A stretch of 62,659 bases of DNA, the filler included, from Corallochytrium limacisporum Hawaii (taxonomy: Eukaryota > Protista > Pluriformea), in assembly GCA_002811645.1 (NCBI GenBank). It is 4 parts of 4 records of this genome, joined end to end, with 100 filler letters (N's around TTAATTAATTAA, not from the genome) between each part and the next. Parts side by side here need not be neighbours in the genome. Positions count along the whole stretch, not along the records: positions 31,525 to 50,729 come from PDIP01000057.1; 3 more parts are not named here. One strand, given 5' to 3'. Below, in pieces: positions 33,613 to 45,698 of the stretch. Numbering within the stretch: position 1 is the stretch's first letter; every line of letters begins with the position of its first letter. The translations under genes were made by a program, and so were the position numbers. The notes under the pieces were generated by a model. The model saw nothing but the letters and a program-made list of their open reading frames with translations. It had not been told where the DNA came from and ran no database searches.

Positions 33613-34131
33613 ATGATGCGCGTTTTTAATACCACGGGTCGCACCGGTGAATGGCTGCACAAGGCTCGTCTGGTAGGTTTGACAGTCGCGGGAAGTGAAA
33701 AGCCCCAGACCACCAAACAATTGGCGTATCTGTTGAAGAATCAACTAACACCGCACAATATGCGCGTGAAAGGACTGCGACCCCTGGTCCGAAGCGACCT
33801 TGTGGAAAAGGGTTACACTATGACTGAGAACGGTATGGAAGTTGCATGGCGAGTAACGCCAAAGTGGAAAATCTGGGAACGTTTTATGCGCGACTGGGAA
33901 GCAAAAGGAAAGGGGTACCGATGGCCAGCCATGAACCATCCTTTGCTGAACAATGCCCTCAGTGGCCAGAAGGTGCGGTACTACAAGGGACAGGCTTTTG
34001 TGGTGCGCGATGAGTTCGGGGATGTCGTCATGGAGCCTAAGAAGACATGGAATGACCGATACATGTCCATTGTGGAGTCTGCAAGGCAGCACGTCGCTGC
34101 CATTCATCGCGAGGAAGCCGTAAAGAAGTAA
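33613..34131 (+). CDS. Small basic protein with a probable winged-helix region
   Basis: Coding-like ORF with aagATG context. The pattern TTKQLAYLL...LRPLVRSDLVEK...WRVT fits a wHTH. Confidence 0.65.
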   Translation: MMRVFNTTGRTGEWLHKARLVGLTVAGSEKPQTTKQLAYLLKNQLTPHNMRVKGLRPLVRSDLVEKGYTMTENGMEVAWRVTPKWKIWERFMRDWEAKGKGYRWPAMNHPLLNNALSGQKVRYYKGQAFVVRDEFGDVVMEPKKTWNDRYMSIVESARQHVAAIHREEAVKK

Positions 34132-34711
34132 ACAAAACCGCGAGGACAAGCGGCTGAGAAAGGAAGTACAGTCAGTAGCTTGATGCGATGCCTCCGTAAT
34201 GGTTGATAAAACCTGAACGATAACGACGTGAAGGTGCACCCTCATCTAGTGTAACAAGAAAACGAAATAGATTTTTAGTAGACAATACAACAGTTTATAA
34301 TAAGCAGTGATAAATGGTAAAATGGGCCAGCCAGTGGTGGGCTGTCAGTGCTCCTTGTGCATGCGTGCGTGTGTGCGTGTGTGTGTGCATATGTGTTTCT
34401 GTCTTGATTTCGGAGTGCGGTGTGCAATCTGCAAATGGATGCGCAAGTGAAAAATTTCACCTACCTTACATGATATCAACCAGAGACTCTCATGAAACAT
34501 CCAAAAACGGCAGCCTCAAACGAATGTCCAAAAAATGCCATAACTTCTTTAACCATCAGAGAGCGATCAAAAAAACTTTTCAGATTCCATCCTGCAGTCG
34601 ATACCATACCAGAGGAGTATGGCAGCCTGTCTTGAACAGTTTCACAAATACCATGGACTTGACCCAGGAGCAAAGTGGGTGTTGTGTAAGTTTTGATATT
34701 TTTCACTTATG

Positions 34712-35131
34712 TCATTGATCCTTATGTCTGTCATTCTGGACCCGCATGCTCTGAAATGCTGCAAAAGCATCCGCAAATTTCGGCGGTGTGGCCGGTGTGT
34801 TCATGGGTGTGTGGTGCTTCTGTGCCTGTCTCTGACGGGCTCCCGGGATCATGAGTCCCATGGGCTCAGAATCTCCCTGTGCCAGATCCTGGTCAAAGAA
34901 TTCCTTGGCCAGTTCAAAGTTCCAATTTGCCCGGTTCAGCAATTTAATTCCCTCGTCCCCGTTACAGCCGGTTGCATACATGAGGTGATTTAACATGGTC
35001 TGCCTGCGAAGCTGTTCAAGCTCCTGATTCTGTTGAGGAGGTTCCTTAATTTCCATGGTGTTCATTGTGTCTGTAGTTTGTCGAGACTCTGATCGTCTGT
35101 CAATCTTTGCCTCGTTCTGTTCCTTATTCAT
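34712..35131 (-). CDS. UBALD1: UBA-like domain-containing protein (FAM100/UBALD)
   Basis: UBA-like ATGC..DEGIKLLNRANWNFELA..FF plus the family motif PMNTPATPPKFADAFAAF. Confidence 0.85.
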   Translation of the reverse strand: MNKEQNEAKIDRRSESRQTTDTMNTMEIKEPPQQNQELEQLRRQTMLNHLMYATGCNGDEGIKLLNRANWNFELAKEFFDQDLAQGDSEPMGLMIPGARQRQAQKHHTPMNTPATPPKFADAFAAFQSMRVQNDRHKDQ

Positions 35132-37784
35132 TTAAATGTGCTCATATATTTGGTGGACTTCACTCAATGAACCTGTAGAGAAAGTTCCTTGTAGTGAAAT
35201 TAAATATGGTTACAAGAGGTTCTCATTCCTCGACAGAATTGGCGGTTTTTTAATATGATACAGTGTTTCTTTCCGAAAACCTAACTGTTCCTGTCACAGG
35301 GACAGCTTGATTCCAGAAATACCTCCGCACAAGAATCAATGGTAATAAACCTTGTACACACTTCAGGCCAACTCCATGTGACAAGATACTCACATCCTTG
35401 TCTCCGTCGCGCCCCTGGTTTCATCTTTTGATGAGATAAAGAATACGTAGAAGAACACGCTCACTCGTAGCCCCAGTATAGGGGACCCAAAAGTTCCAGC
35501 ACAGCCGCCGAGCGCAGCGCACGGACCCGGGGGGAGGGGAGCAGTGGTGATTTTACACCTCGCTCCCTTGCGCCTTCCTCACCCTTTTTTTTTAATCCAT
35601 TCTCCTTCCACCACTTTCTCCAGCCATTCACAGTATAAAAAAAAGGGCGGGGCTGCGGGAGACAGCACGGACAGCCAAGAGAGAGAAGCACAGAAGGAAC
35701 GGCCCCCACCGAGCAAAAGGAGTGAAGGCAGAAAGGACAAAGGAAGGACTGGGTTTTGGTTGGTTGATTCAAAAGTGGGGCGCTGCCACCGACCAAGAAA
35801 GAAGGAATGGACAAAAAGCTATAGTGAGCAAATGACAGAAAAAAAGGGAATTGGGGGGTGGTGGGGTTGAGGGGAGGGAAGGCAAAAGAAAAGGAAAGGG
35901 AGAGGGGAAGAGAAGGGGGAAGGCGAGAAAGGAAGAAGCGGATCGGGGAAGAGGTGAAATCCAACCGCACGGGTAGTAGCCGGTCGGGCAGACTCTACCA
36001 CCAACCAAACGCATTAAATTCATGGCAAGGAGAGCTGCAGAGCCAACGAAAACGGGGAAATAAGCAAAAATTAAAACAAAAAAAATGATCGGGACCTTTC
36101 AGGAGCAGGGCAAGGAAAAAAAAAAACAGAGGGAAGGAGGGGGAAGAGGAGAGGATGAGAGGGGAGGAGGGGGGAAATGGTGAAAGAGAATAAAGAACAA
36201 CCGTCCGAAAATGCGTGTCACTCTTTTTTTTCTTTCCTTCGCTGGTCTGAGGCTCCCCTGCCCCTTTGCGTGTCTGCTGCTGCTGCTGTTCTTGCTTTTC
36301 TCTCCCTCTCCCTCTCCCTCTCTCTCTCTCCTCTCTCTCGCTCTGGCTCTGGCTCCCCTTCCCTCCGTTCTTTGCCTCGCTCTGCTCGTTCTACGCCCTC
36401 TTTGGCTCTCTCCGTCTCGGCTCTTCAAGGTCTCTCCGTCTCACCCGTACCCCCGCCGCCGCGGGGTGAGGGGTGTCTATCTCCGATCCGAAAAAAATTT
36501 GGTTTGTTTAGCATTTCCTGCCAGTTTCGTCTCTCCCTCTCTCTCTGACTGACTTTTTTCTTGGCAATAAAAAGTTGGTATCATTGCCGTCTGAAACTCA
36601 CCGCCGCAGACGTTCCAGTTGCTCAGTCTATACATTTTGTGTGTCAATGTCAGTGTACCTCTCCCCACTGCGCCCGGTTTGTTTCAGTCGCTGCTCTGCC
36701 TTCTCCGATTAACTGCCCTCCCCCTTGTCCGTCCCGCTATCTGCCTGTGACGGGTGGGTGTGCTGTCACACAGGCCCGCCTCGATGTTGCGCGTGTGATT
36801 CGCATGGAAAGGGGCACCTCTCCGATCACACACTCCACACGAACAGTCGGACATAGCCCAATTACCACCACCCGTCCGACCCGTGGGGAGTGTTTGTCCG
36901 CTTCCGCCCTTCCCCCAATTTCTTCTCCGGAGCGGCCGGCGCGTGGTGGTGGGTGCGGAGGCAGGGAGTGAGACAGTGTGTGTGTGTTTGTGTGTCCGTT
37001 GTAACTTGCAAAGTAACGGGAACCGCCCCCCCCCCAGAAGTGGCTGTTTTTCGACCGGTTACTCGCGGATTGGGGGGGGGGGTGGTGTGGCGCCGATGGA
37101 ATGCTGTATTTTTTATATGCCGGAGGGGCAATTTCTGGGCTTTCTGGTCTATCTTGAACTGGGCATGGGAGCCGGAGCTTCGGTGAAAGGAGTGTTACCC
37201 TCCGAACCCGCTTCACACACACCCGCACTATCTCTCCGTGTCTTTCGCTCTCATCTCCCCGCTCGCCACAAATAGATTTTTTTTTCTCGCACTTTTATTG
37301 TTCGGAGTTCAGTACTAAATAATGAAGAAACACGCATAGTGGCGCGCTGTGGGCAACCGGGAAACCCGTATACACTCCACCAAATCGGCGCGCACCCGTG
37401 CTCGATGCCCCAGAAGCCACTTCTTAATATCACACACACACACATACACACGCGTAAACAGAGAGAGTTTGAAAGGACCCCGGGGGAGAAAAGTTTAGCC
37501 TGACAAATTACTATGGTTTTGGGAAGGGGGAGGGCGTTGTGGGCCCACGGTGGTTGGAGACCTCACTCACACACACACACTCACTCAACCCACGGGTACA
37601 CCGCTGCTGTGTCCGGGTCCTTGCTGCGTATGCAAAATGTTTCTGTGAAATAGACATGTATGACACACCGATAGACTAAACATCTAATTATGTGTCTTGT
37701 GGTATGATAGGGGATTGAGATGCGTCTCATACTTCACTTTAATGGTCCATCAGTCATGGAATATCATGGTCAATTTAAGTTTAC

Positions 37785-37845
37785 GTGTGTGTGTGTGTGT
37801 GCGTCCTTGTGTGTGTGTGTGTGTGCGTCCTTGTGTGTGCGTGTG
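37785..37845 (+). repeat. (GT)n microsatellite with a duplicated (GT)8-GCGTCCTT unit
   Basis: gtgtgtgtgtgtgtgtgcgtcctt occurs twice in tandem. Confidence 0.85.
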
Positions 37846-37954
37846 CGATCTACCCGTGAGTGTGTGACTGTGTGTGGGTGGCTGAAATGTGCAAGGGGGG
37901 ACACCCCACACGGGAACTTCATGGCCCTAACCCTTCTCCCTCCCTCTCTCCCTC

Positions 37955-37961
<7 letters not shown>

Positions 37962-38004
<43 letters not shown>
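37962..38004 (+). repeat. (CT)n microsatellite
   Basis: About 21 perfect CT units. Confidence 0.95.
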
Positions 38005-38005
<1 letters not shown>

Positions 38006-38928
38006 CAGGCGATTTACCCAGCTTCTTCTACCCTACCCGCCTTTTGCCTGTCCCTGCCTCCCTCCCCCGTCCCATCCTTCGCCGGGGTCTGTTCTTCCTT
38101 CCCGTCCTGGCCTTCTCCTTTTTTTCCACTTACGCTAACGATGTTGCCTGTGTTGCTTCTTGGCCCCCCCCCCAAACACTTTCTTTTTGGGTAGACGAAA
38201 AGACAGCCGTTTGGGTTCTCATGCCCCACTCACCGCCCGCCACGAGAGCGCATAAGGTCTAATATTAAACTTCTGCGTCGGAGGGAGGATACTATAGGTA
38301 TTTTATGGACCTAGTCCTTTAAAAACAGAAGTAATGTATAACAGATAAGTACCATAAAGTTTAACAAGGAGATTACCGATGCGTATCTCGTGGGATTCTT
38401 GAATCCCTGTCGCTCACCCCCCAACACACACTCGCTCTCTCACATGCGGGCGGGGCGGGCCGGGGATGTGTATTCGAAATCAATGCTTCTCTCAGCTTCT
38501 CTCCCAATTCAAGCGAAGCTCTCATACTGAAACTACTTGTCTGAACCACTCCAAATCCACGGACCCATCCCCTTCTTCTTCTTCATCTGCCCGGTGTTTC
38601 CAGCTGGCATTGTACTGCCGCCTTTTCCCTCTCGCGTGACCGAGACCCGGACCAAAGGAGGGGCATTTTGGATACAACCCGCAATTTTTAAGCATTTATC
38701 AGCTGAAAATTCCCTGGAAAATATATAACCTGGGCAAACACTTGGTGGCCGGGAACGCGGACGAAAGGGTTGTAAGAGTAGCCGCATGCATGGAGGCATT
38801 GTGAGTGAACGTTGGTGGGGAGACACGGAGAGTGTGTGTGTGTGTATGTGACGGTCGGTCGGTTAGTCCCTGAAAACCCCTCACTGAAAGTATATAAATA
38901 ATGACACGGATGTATGTGGTTGTGCACG

Positions 38929-38930
<2 letters not shown>

Positions 38931-38959
<29 letters not shown>
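38931..38959 (+). repeat. (TG)n microsatellite
   Basis: About 14 perfect TG units. Confidence 0.95.
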
Positions 38960-38961
<2 letters not shown>

Positions 38962-41900
38962 GTGAAGGTGTCGGTTGTGGTGTGGATGAGATTTTGAGCC
39001 CCCTTTGGTGTTGGATGCCGGGACAACAACGATACAGATGTGAGTGCGTACCCGTGAAGTTGGCGGACGGTGACAAAAATCATTGGTCAGGAACGGTACC
39101 AACAAAGACATACTCAATATCTTGGTCATGTCGCCGCCTCCGTCTTCCTGCCTTCCTCCTCGTCCCCGACCGGGCTTCCTTGCGATCTCTCCTTACGATC
39201 TTCCTGCCATTGCCACCAATGCCTGAGAATCTTTGCGGCGAGCCGAGGCTCAGAGGACGTACACTACCCCTCTCTTTGGGTCGGCTAAGAGTGTGCGAAG
39301 TGGGGTCCGGAGAGGGGCGCTTGCGTGCGCTGTGTCCTTCGCACACCACCCCGGGAGTGTGAAGTGTCCGGCTCGTTTCCTTCGTGAACGTGTCAAGCTA
39401 GAGAGCCGGAAACTAATAGGAGGAAGGACGCGTAGAGAAGACGATTGTTCGACGCAAGCTCTCGCCAAATGGATTCTCTTTTGGGCTGCCCTCTTTCTTT
39501 CTTCGGTCCCCGCAAGAGATCGAACAACACAAACCAAGCGAAAAAACACCAACACCTACGACACGCGCCTGTGTGTCATAGACATTACCATTCTTGTGAT
39601 CGCAAAGAGAGAAACGACGAACCCAAAGTCGACGTTTGTACCGTGACGGTAGCGCACCAACCAATACTTAAAGTACGGTCCTTACCTCGTTGCCGCGTTC
39701 CACCCATGTGATTCATTACTGCAGAGATCGATGAAGCGGACAACAAAGCCGTCGCAAAGGAAGAGAGTTTCTAAGAGGAAGACAAACAGTGGGATTGAGA
39801 CAGCATGGACGCGCAGAGCTCTCCGGAAGTTTTGGCCTGACGAGTTCGTGGTTGGGGGTGGTTGTGTCTCGATTTTGCGCGTTGCCTTTGCATGCTACAA
39901 GGTGGTAGCTATTTTGGCATGGGGCGCCCTGGTTCTTGATGCGAGTCCTGAATGGCTGTGCTTTGTCTCCTGGATGGGGCAAGACCAGGCAACACACCCG
40001 CGCTTCCTGCTGAAAAGTACAAAGCATACCCCAGGATGTTTATTGCATGATGGAACAGCAGGCATCACGGAACACATCCCCTCTCAATATCAATGCACCA
40101 CATCTTTCCCTGATACCCAAAAGAAATGTACACACCATATACTTGTCAATTGCTTTCAAATATATACAGCAACTCCTATCAATCTCCACCTATAAGCAAA
40201 ACGGAATAATGGGACGAGACAAAGATCGGCAGACCTCGTGTTGCACGCAATGTGATACCACTTTGTGATTCCCGCCATTATCAACGCATCTCTCTGCTCA
40301 CCTCTGACTCACCCATTTTTTGGGCCCGTTACCCACACACCGGGGAAGGAAGGAAGGAAGGAGGGGGGGGGAGGGGGTGGGCTCTCGGGAAAGTGTTAGG
40401 AAATAGACTCCCATGGTCCCGTGGACACCCCTCTGTTTCTCCTTTAGCGCCGATCGCCGTGATATGTTTTTGGTCTCGGTCCTAACAGGCTATTTTCGTC
40501 CCTTTTTTTCCTATGGAAACTTTTTTTTTCGTCGTTTTGCTTTCAATTTTCGGTTGGTAGTGGGGGGAGTCTCGTCGCTCCACCCCACCCCGGCTCTGTG
40601 CGTGCGTGTGTGAGAGACTCTCCAAGGTCCCCCGCTTTCTACTTCTTCGCTACGGGCCGCGGGCCCAGAGCCGCGCCGGGGCCCCCCACGGGGGAGGGGG
40701 GGGGGGCCACCGACGTTTTGAAATTTTCAGTTTGGTGGTATGTGCGCTTCGGCCTATTTTCCTTATCGCCCCCCTCCCCTCCCTGGTGGTGGCAGGGGAC
40801 AAGACAACCCACCCACCATTTCTTTCAATAATGGAACCACCACCACCCAAGACGCTAAGCACATCCGGTCGACCACACACACACACACACACACCGCCCT
40901 CGGTGCTCCCTAAAGATCCTTCCGTTTTGACAAACTTCCCCCCCCCTCCTTTTTTTTTCAAAAAATTCATTTTTCTTTTGTGCTGTGTGCCCATTCAATC
41001 AATCAAACTATCGCACAACGGCTTAATGCGTTAGTAGTAGAAATACTATAGTAATAAATGGGCAAGGGGCAATGGGAACATTCCAGGACACCCCCAGCAT
41101 CACCGTGAAGCACTGGCTGCTGGATTGCCCGTGACCGTCGCAGTTGGATTCGCGTAGCAGGGAGCCCAGCAGGGGCAGGACATGACAGAGTGTGGGATGC
41201 GATGGCGATAGCTTTGCGGTGTCGACGCACTACAGTGGTTGCTGGGCCCATGCGATGATGATTAAGGCATGCCGGTACCATCTCAGCCACACACACAAAC
41301 GTTTACCGGCATCATTTGCCCCGGGCCCTCCTCCAAAAGGTCGGTTGTGACCCAATTCCACCAGGCACCACCATTCGCTGTTACAGGGGAGAAGGGGGGA
41401 GGCAGGAGGCTAGCGAGATTCCACGGAGGAGCGTAATGGATACGCCCGCTCCAGAGATTCCATTCATGGATACACTCACCAAGACCTCGGAAGGAGGGGG
41501 AGGGGAGGGACATGAATTGCGAAGGGACGAAAAATTCTTTTTGTGTGTGTGTGTGTTGGGGTGGGGGGGTGGGGGGTCGGTTCCTTTGTGGGGCAGGGTC
41601 GGAGGCGCGCGAAAAAGTAGTCCTTTAAAAAAAAAATGGCGGCGGAGAGCGGAGTGTTTTGTGTGCCTGTGTGTGTGTGTGTGCGGGTTCAAGTCCCGAG
41701 GAAATCGACCCGATAAAAAAATGGTAGAAAAAAACTATAAAAAAAAAGAAGAAGAAAACTCTCTCGCAGGGGCACACGCCCCACACACACGCCCCGTGGT
41801 TCCGTTTCGGAAGGGAAAAGTGTAAACCCGCCTGTCGACCCAGGGTGATGTGCTCAACTGGAAAGAAAAAAAAACCAAGAGTGGTGTCCGAGCTTTTTGG

Positions 41901-42317
41901 TCAAAACCATTGCCCTTGGTGCAAGTAAAAAAAAAGAAAACAAAGAAAACAAAGAAAACACAAAACAAAAGCGCCACACCCGTTGATGAGCCGAGGGTCT
42001 CTGGGCATCGGGTGGGAACTTTGACCCCCCCCCCTCCCCTTGTGTTGCCACACACACATCAAACCGGGTCGGGACGTTTTGAAAGAAAAAAAGTTACAGA
42101 GAGAAAATTACTGCGGCAACGTTTCTAATGTGGTACCAAAAGAGGGCCGTAGTGTGGCAGAGTGCAGGGGGGCTTTAAGGCGAAAAAAAGCAAAAGGCGG
42201 GTCAATTGGGACGCTTGCGCATCGGGCTCATGGTTGCGTGGTCGAATTGAAAGTATTTCTTCTCGCGACATTTTCTTTTGTATTCTGAAATAAGGTATAT
42301 ATTTTGTAGTGGTGCCT

Positions 42318-44840
42318 TTATTCCGCCAGTGCCGGTGCTGTGACCCCTGATTTCAGACGTTCGATTTCATCGCCCAGGGTTTCCACTTGGATGCGAGTGA
42401 CCTGCTTCATGTCTTCGAGGTCTTCCGTGAGTTCCTGAATGCGTTCCACTTTCTCGCCGTACAGGACCAACAGTCGGTCATACTGTTCCTTGACCTGCTT
42501 CGATTCCGACACGTGACGTTCCAGGTCGCGTTGTCGTTGTTGAAGCTGCTCGTTTTCGGCTTGCAGTGCGTACATGTCTTGACTGGCCTGATCGCGAGAA
42601 CTCCGCATGGATTCCAGCTCCTTGCGCAGATAGGCCATGCGACTGTCCAGATGTTTGATGCGGGCTTTTAGTCGATGGGCCTCCGCGACGGTAACATAGG
42701 TATTGTCCGACTCTGCTCCGTCCGCGTAGGCGTCATCGTCTACATGGCCGTTTTCAGGCACGTCTCTGTCTCCTCCCAGGGCATGCTGCAGAGCGGCCGA
42801 TCCGGTCAGCTTGGCGGATGCTTCAGCAGCGCCCTTGGAGAGAATCTGCTCTTGCTCCGCGGTCGGCTGCGGTGACGGCTTCTTCTCCGTAGCACCAAAC
42901 CCGAAGGCAGCCGAAGCGTTTGCGCTGCGTGCTTCTTCGAGTTCCTGGCGGAGCTTGTCCGTTTCAGCGTTGCGCTCCTTAATCTGCCTGCGAAGATTCT
43001 CCTTGTCGTGGATCAGGCTCTCGGTCTGTTCTTGCAAACTCTGGCGGCTCTCCTCCAACTTCCTCTTCATTTTCTCAAGCTCTGACTGTAGGTGTTCCTG
43101 TGTGCCGGTAAACTTCTTCTCCAGGTTGGATCTCTCTGCCTGCATGCGCTCCGTATCCTGCCGAAGTGCGATAATGGTATCCTTCAGGTCATCCCTTTCC
43201 TTCTCCAGGCGTTTTCGGCGCTCTTGCTCTCGACTCACATCCGCTTCCAGGCTAGACACTCGAGTCTCTGCGGTGCGCTGCTTATCCTCAGCCTGCAGAA
43301 CTTGCCGACGTAGGTCATCCTGCTGGCTCCGATAGTCCCGTTCGAGATTTTGCCACAGATCTTTCTGCTGGGCATGGGATGTCCGCAGAGACTCCAACTG
43401 TCGCATCAGGGGTTTAGTTGAGTCCGCCATGGAATCGGTTAGTTCCTGGGATCTGCGGTCGCTTTCTTCCAGGCGCATTTGCAGCTGTTGGACCTCTCGA
43501 CGCCGGCTTTCTTCAGCCTGTGCGATCTGAGCCTCCGTGTCCTCCAGAGTGTGGGTCAGTTCCATGATCTTACGACGATACTGGGATTCGACGCGTTCAC
43601 GTTCTTCCTCTTGTTCTCTGGACACCTGAGTGAGTGCTTCTTTGCCCTTCGTTTCGTTATCGAGCAGCTCTGTGATACGCGCCTCTGCCCTTTCCGCACG
43701 AGTTCGCTGTTCTTCGGCCACCGCCTTCTCCTTCTTCACCGTGTCCGCAGCACTCTTGTACTCTTTGAGGTCGGTTTGCAGGGATGCGACGGTATTTTCT
43801 AACTTGACCCTGGTTTCCAGTAAGTCATCCTTTTCATTTGTCACAGCCTCCAGTTGTCTCTTTTGCTCGATGCCGGCGGCCTTGAGCTTCTTGATTGCCT
43901 GGTTGCGCTTCAGGATATCCTTCTGCAGAGACTCGCCCTCCGCCAAGAACTCGGTCCGGGCCTGGGTCAGCTCTTCCACCTGTTCCCGCAGCTTTCGAAG
44001 GTCACTACTGGCTCCACTGGCTGCTTTCAGCTGCCTTTGTAAGCCTGTAATCTGATCCTTGAGTTCATCATTTTCCGCCCCTAGTGTAGCCGTCTTTTGG
44101 CTCAGTTGTGCCATCCGCTCCATCAGCTCGTGGTTGTCTATACTTGGCTCTGTGCTCGCCCCGACCGCTGGCTCTGTTGCCATCGGCATGTTCTCCGCAG
44201 CTGACCCTGCAGAATGGTTCTCCGGGACCGGACTCTGCTCAGTTCGGACCTCCTTCTCGGCAGACATGCTAGTCACTGGCTTTGGGTTGACTGGGAGTTG
44301 GTTGTCACGGGCATCGTCGCTTGCTCCGGCTCCCGACGGCGCCGGAGGTGCTGGTTCCGCGGCGGTCTCTGTCTCTGGTATCTCTGGGAACTCTTCTTCA
44401 CCGTCATCCCATCCCGCCTCATGTTTTGTTTCTACCTCATTCGTTGTCGAGGCATCCATTGTCTGAATGGGCTCCTCCTCTTCTTCCACAGCGGCCGACG
44501 GCTCTGGTTTCCCGACGGACGTCTGCGCAACCTCCTCCGCCGGCGGAGCAGGTGTGGGGGTTCCCTCTTGCTTTTGTTCTTCATCAGGTTCTTCATCATC
44601 CGACGGTGCAATATAGACTCCATCTTCAAATGAAAAGACTGGTGTCTTCTTTCTCTTTATTGGATTGCCGTCGGCATCAAGTTCCGGCTCCTGGTCCTCA
44701 ATTTCGAGCGCTTTGTCTATCCGGTCTCTCGCCTGAATGGCCGCCTTCTGTGCAGCCTTGCTAAAATTCTGGAACTCCTTCGCAAATGAACCACCCGAAA
44801 GGTTCTGAAACCCCTTCGAGTAGTCCTTCAACCAGCTCAT
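42318..44840 (-). CDS. TMF1: Golgin TMF1 (TATA element modulatory factor)
   Basis: N-terminal MSWL...AAIQARDRIDKALEI, EGESLQK, STKPLMRQLESL, long coiled coil, C-terminal LLVLYGEKVERIQEL..DL.DMK. Confidence 0.9.
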   Translation of the reverse strand: MSWLKDYSKGFQNLSGGSFAKEFQNFSKAAQKAAIQARDRIDKALEIEDQEPELDADGNPIKRKKTPVFSFEDGVYIAPSDDEEPDEEQKQEGTPTPAPPAEEVAQTSVGKPEPSAAVEEEEEPIQTMDASTTNEVETKHEAGWDDGEEEFPEIPETETAAEPAPPAPSGAGASDDARDNQLPVNPKPVTSMSAEKEVRTEQSPVPENHSAGSAAENMPMATEPAVGASTEPSIDNHELMERMAQLSQKTATLGAENDELKDQITGLQRQLKAASGASSDLRKLREQVEELTQARTEFLAEGESLQKDILKRNQAIKKLKAAGIEQKRQLEAVTNEKDDLLETRVKLENTVASLQTDLKEYKSAADTVKKEKAVAEEQRTRAERAEARITELLDNETKGKEALTQVSREQEEERERVESQYRRKIMELTHTLEDTEAQIAQAEESRRREVQQLQMRLEESDRRSQELTDSMADSTKPLMRQLESLRTSHAQQKDLWQNLERDYRSQQDDLRRQVLQAEDKQRTAETRVSSLEADVSREQERRKRLEKERDDLKDTIIALRQDTERMQAERSNLEKKFTGTQEHLQSELEKMKRKLEESRQSLQEQTESLIHDKENLRRQIKERNAETDKLRQELEEARSANASAAFGFGATEKKPSPQPTAEQEQILSKGAAEASAKLTGSAALQHALGGDRDVPENGHVDDDAYADGAESDNTYVTVAEAHRLKARIKHLDSRMAYLRKELESMRSSRDQASQDMYALQAENEQLQQRQRDLERHVSESKQVKEQYDRLLVLYGEKVERIQELTEDLEDMKQVTRIQVETLGDEIERLKSGVTAPALAE

Positions 44841-45267
44841 GATGCCTTGTCAGTGAGTTGCCTCTACGATTTCCAAAGGGTCTTCATGGCTACTCCGTTT
44901 CCATTCAGCCCGGCTGTCCCCAAGCACTTCCCATTTGCAATTGGTCAATTTTATCTTGAGGTCTTCTTCATCGAACTCTTGCCCAAAAGATCTGTCCTAA
45001 ATACGTAGTAACACTAACCTGTGATGCTTAATTCTCCGGCATTGGACATGCGTCCCAAGTTTCCTCTCTTCCGGTCAGACTCTCTCGGCCTCTGCCAACT
45101 CAGCCCGGGCACCGCCGCCAACGGATGGGATGGGTTACTTGGCACAGCGCGCTAAATATGATATACTTATTCTATAAAAACTGAATATTATACATCCCAT
45201 ATATCATACTGATATTTTAAATATCACATCACGGGGTTTGCCGTAGCCACTGAACCGCATCCAATGT

Positions 45268-45298
45268 CCCCCCCGGGGGGGGGGGGGGGGGGGGGGGG
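45268..45298. promoter_or_regulatory. C7G24 element in the TMF1/SMC4 divergent promoter
   Basis: About 430 bp from the TMF1 ATG and about 400 bp from the SMC4 ATG. Same motif as the other intergenic copies. Function is inferred. Confidence 0.55.
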
Positions 45299-45698
45299 AA
45301 GAGGGGAGGGCGCGCTCTCTTTTTTCTTCTCCTCTCCGGTGCATTGTGTGGACGACGGGACGGGAGTGTTGCCGGACAGATTTCCCGCGCAAATTTCAAA
45401 TCCCCTGTTCCGGAGGGTGCCGGTTGGCCTCTCTCTCTGTCCCTCCTTCATCGCGACCGAACACTTTAAGCGGGCACGAGTCTCATATCGTCATTCTACT
45501 TTCTTCTTCTCCCAACCCGGGAGAAAACTTTTATTCATCGGTGCAGTGGCGGGAATTTGTGTTCCATCCTTTGCGGTGTTTGCAAATCAGCTGTTTGAAA
45601 CTTGACCTGCGAGGTACTAGAATGGGCACCGGCGACCAGCAATTGTGTCATTTGTCATATCTTGCTCTTGGTACGGGCGGTGTTCATGAGTGACCACA

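Noticed and set aside
33237-33629. 130-aa ORF overlapping the start of the wHTH gene
   Set aside because: No in-frame ATG and no recognisable motif.
41685-41698. T-arm/B-box-like CGGGTTCAAGTCCCG (also B-box-like at ~26383 and ~54763)
   Set aside because: No D-arm, anticodon arm or acceptor stem, so not tRNAs. Isolated TFIIIC sites cannot be excluded.
35461-42288. Many 60-180-aa ORFs in the gene desert
   Set aside because: Mostly translations of microsatellites and homopolymers (HTHT, VCVC, LSLS), with no domain signal.
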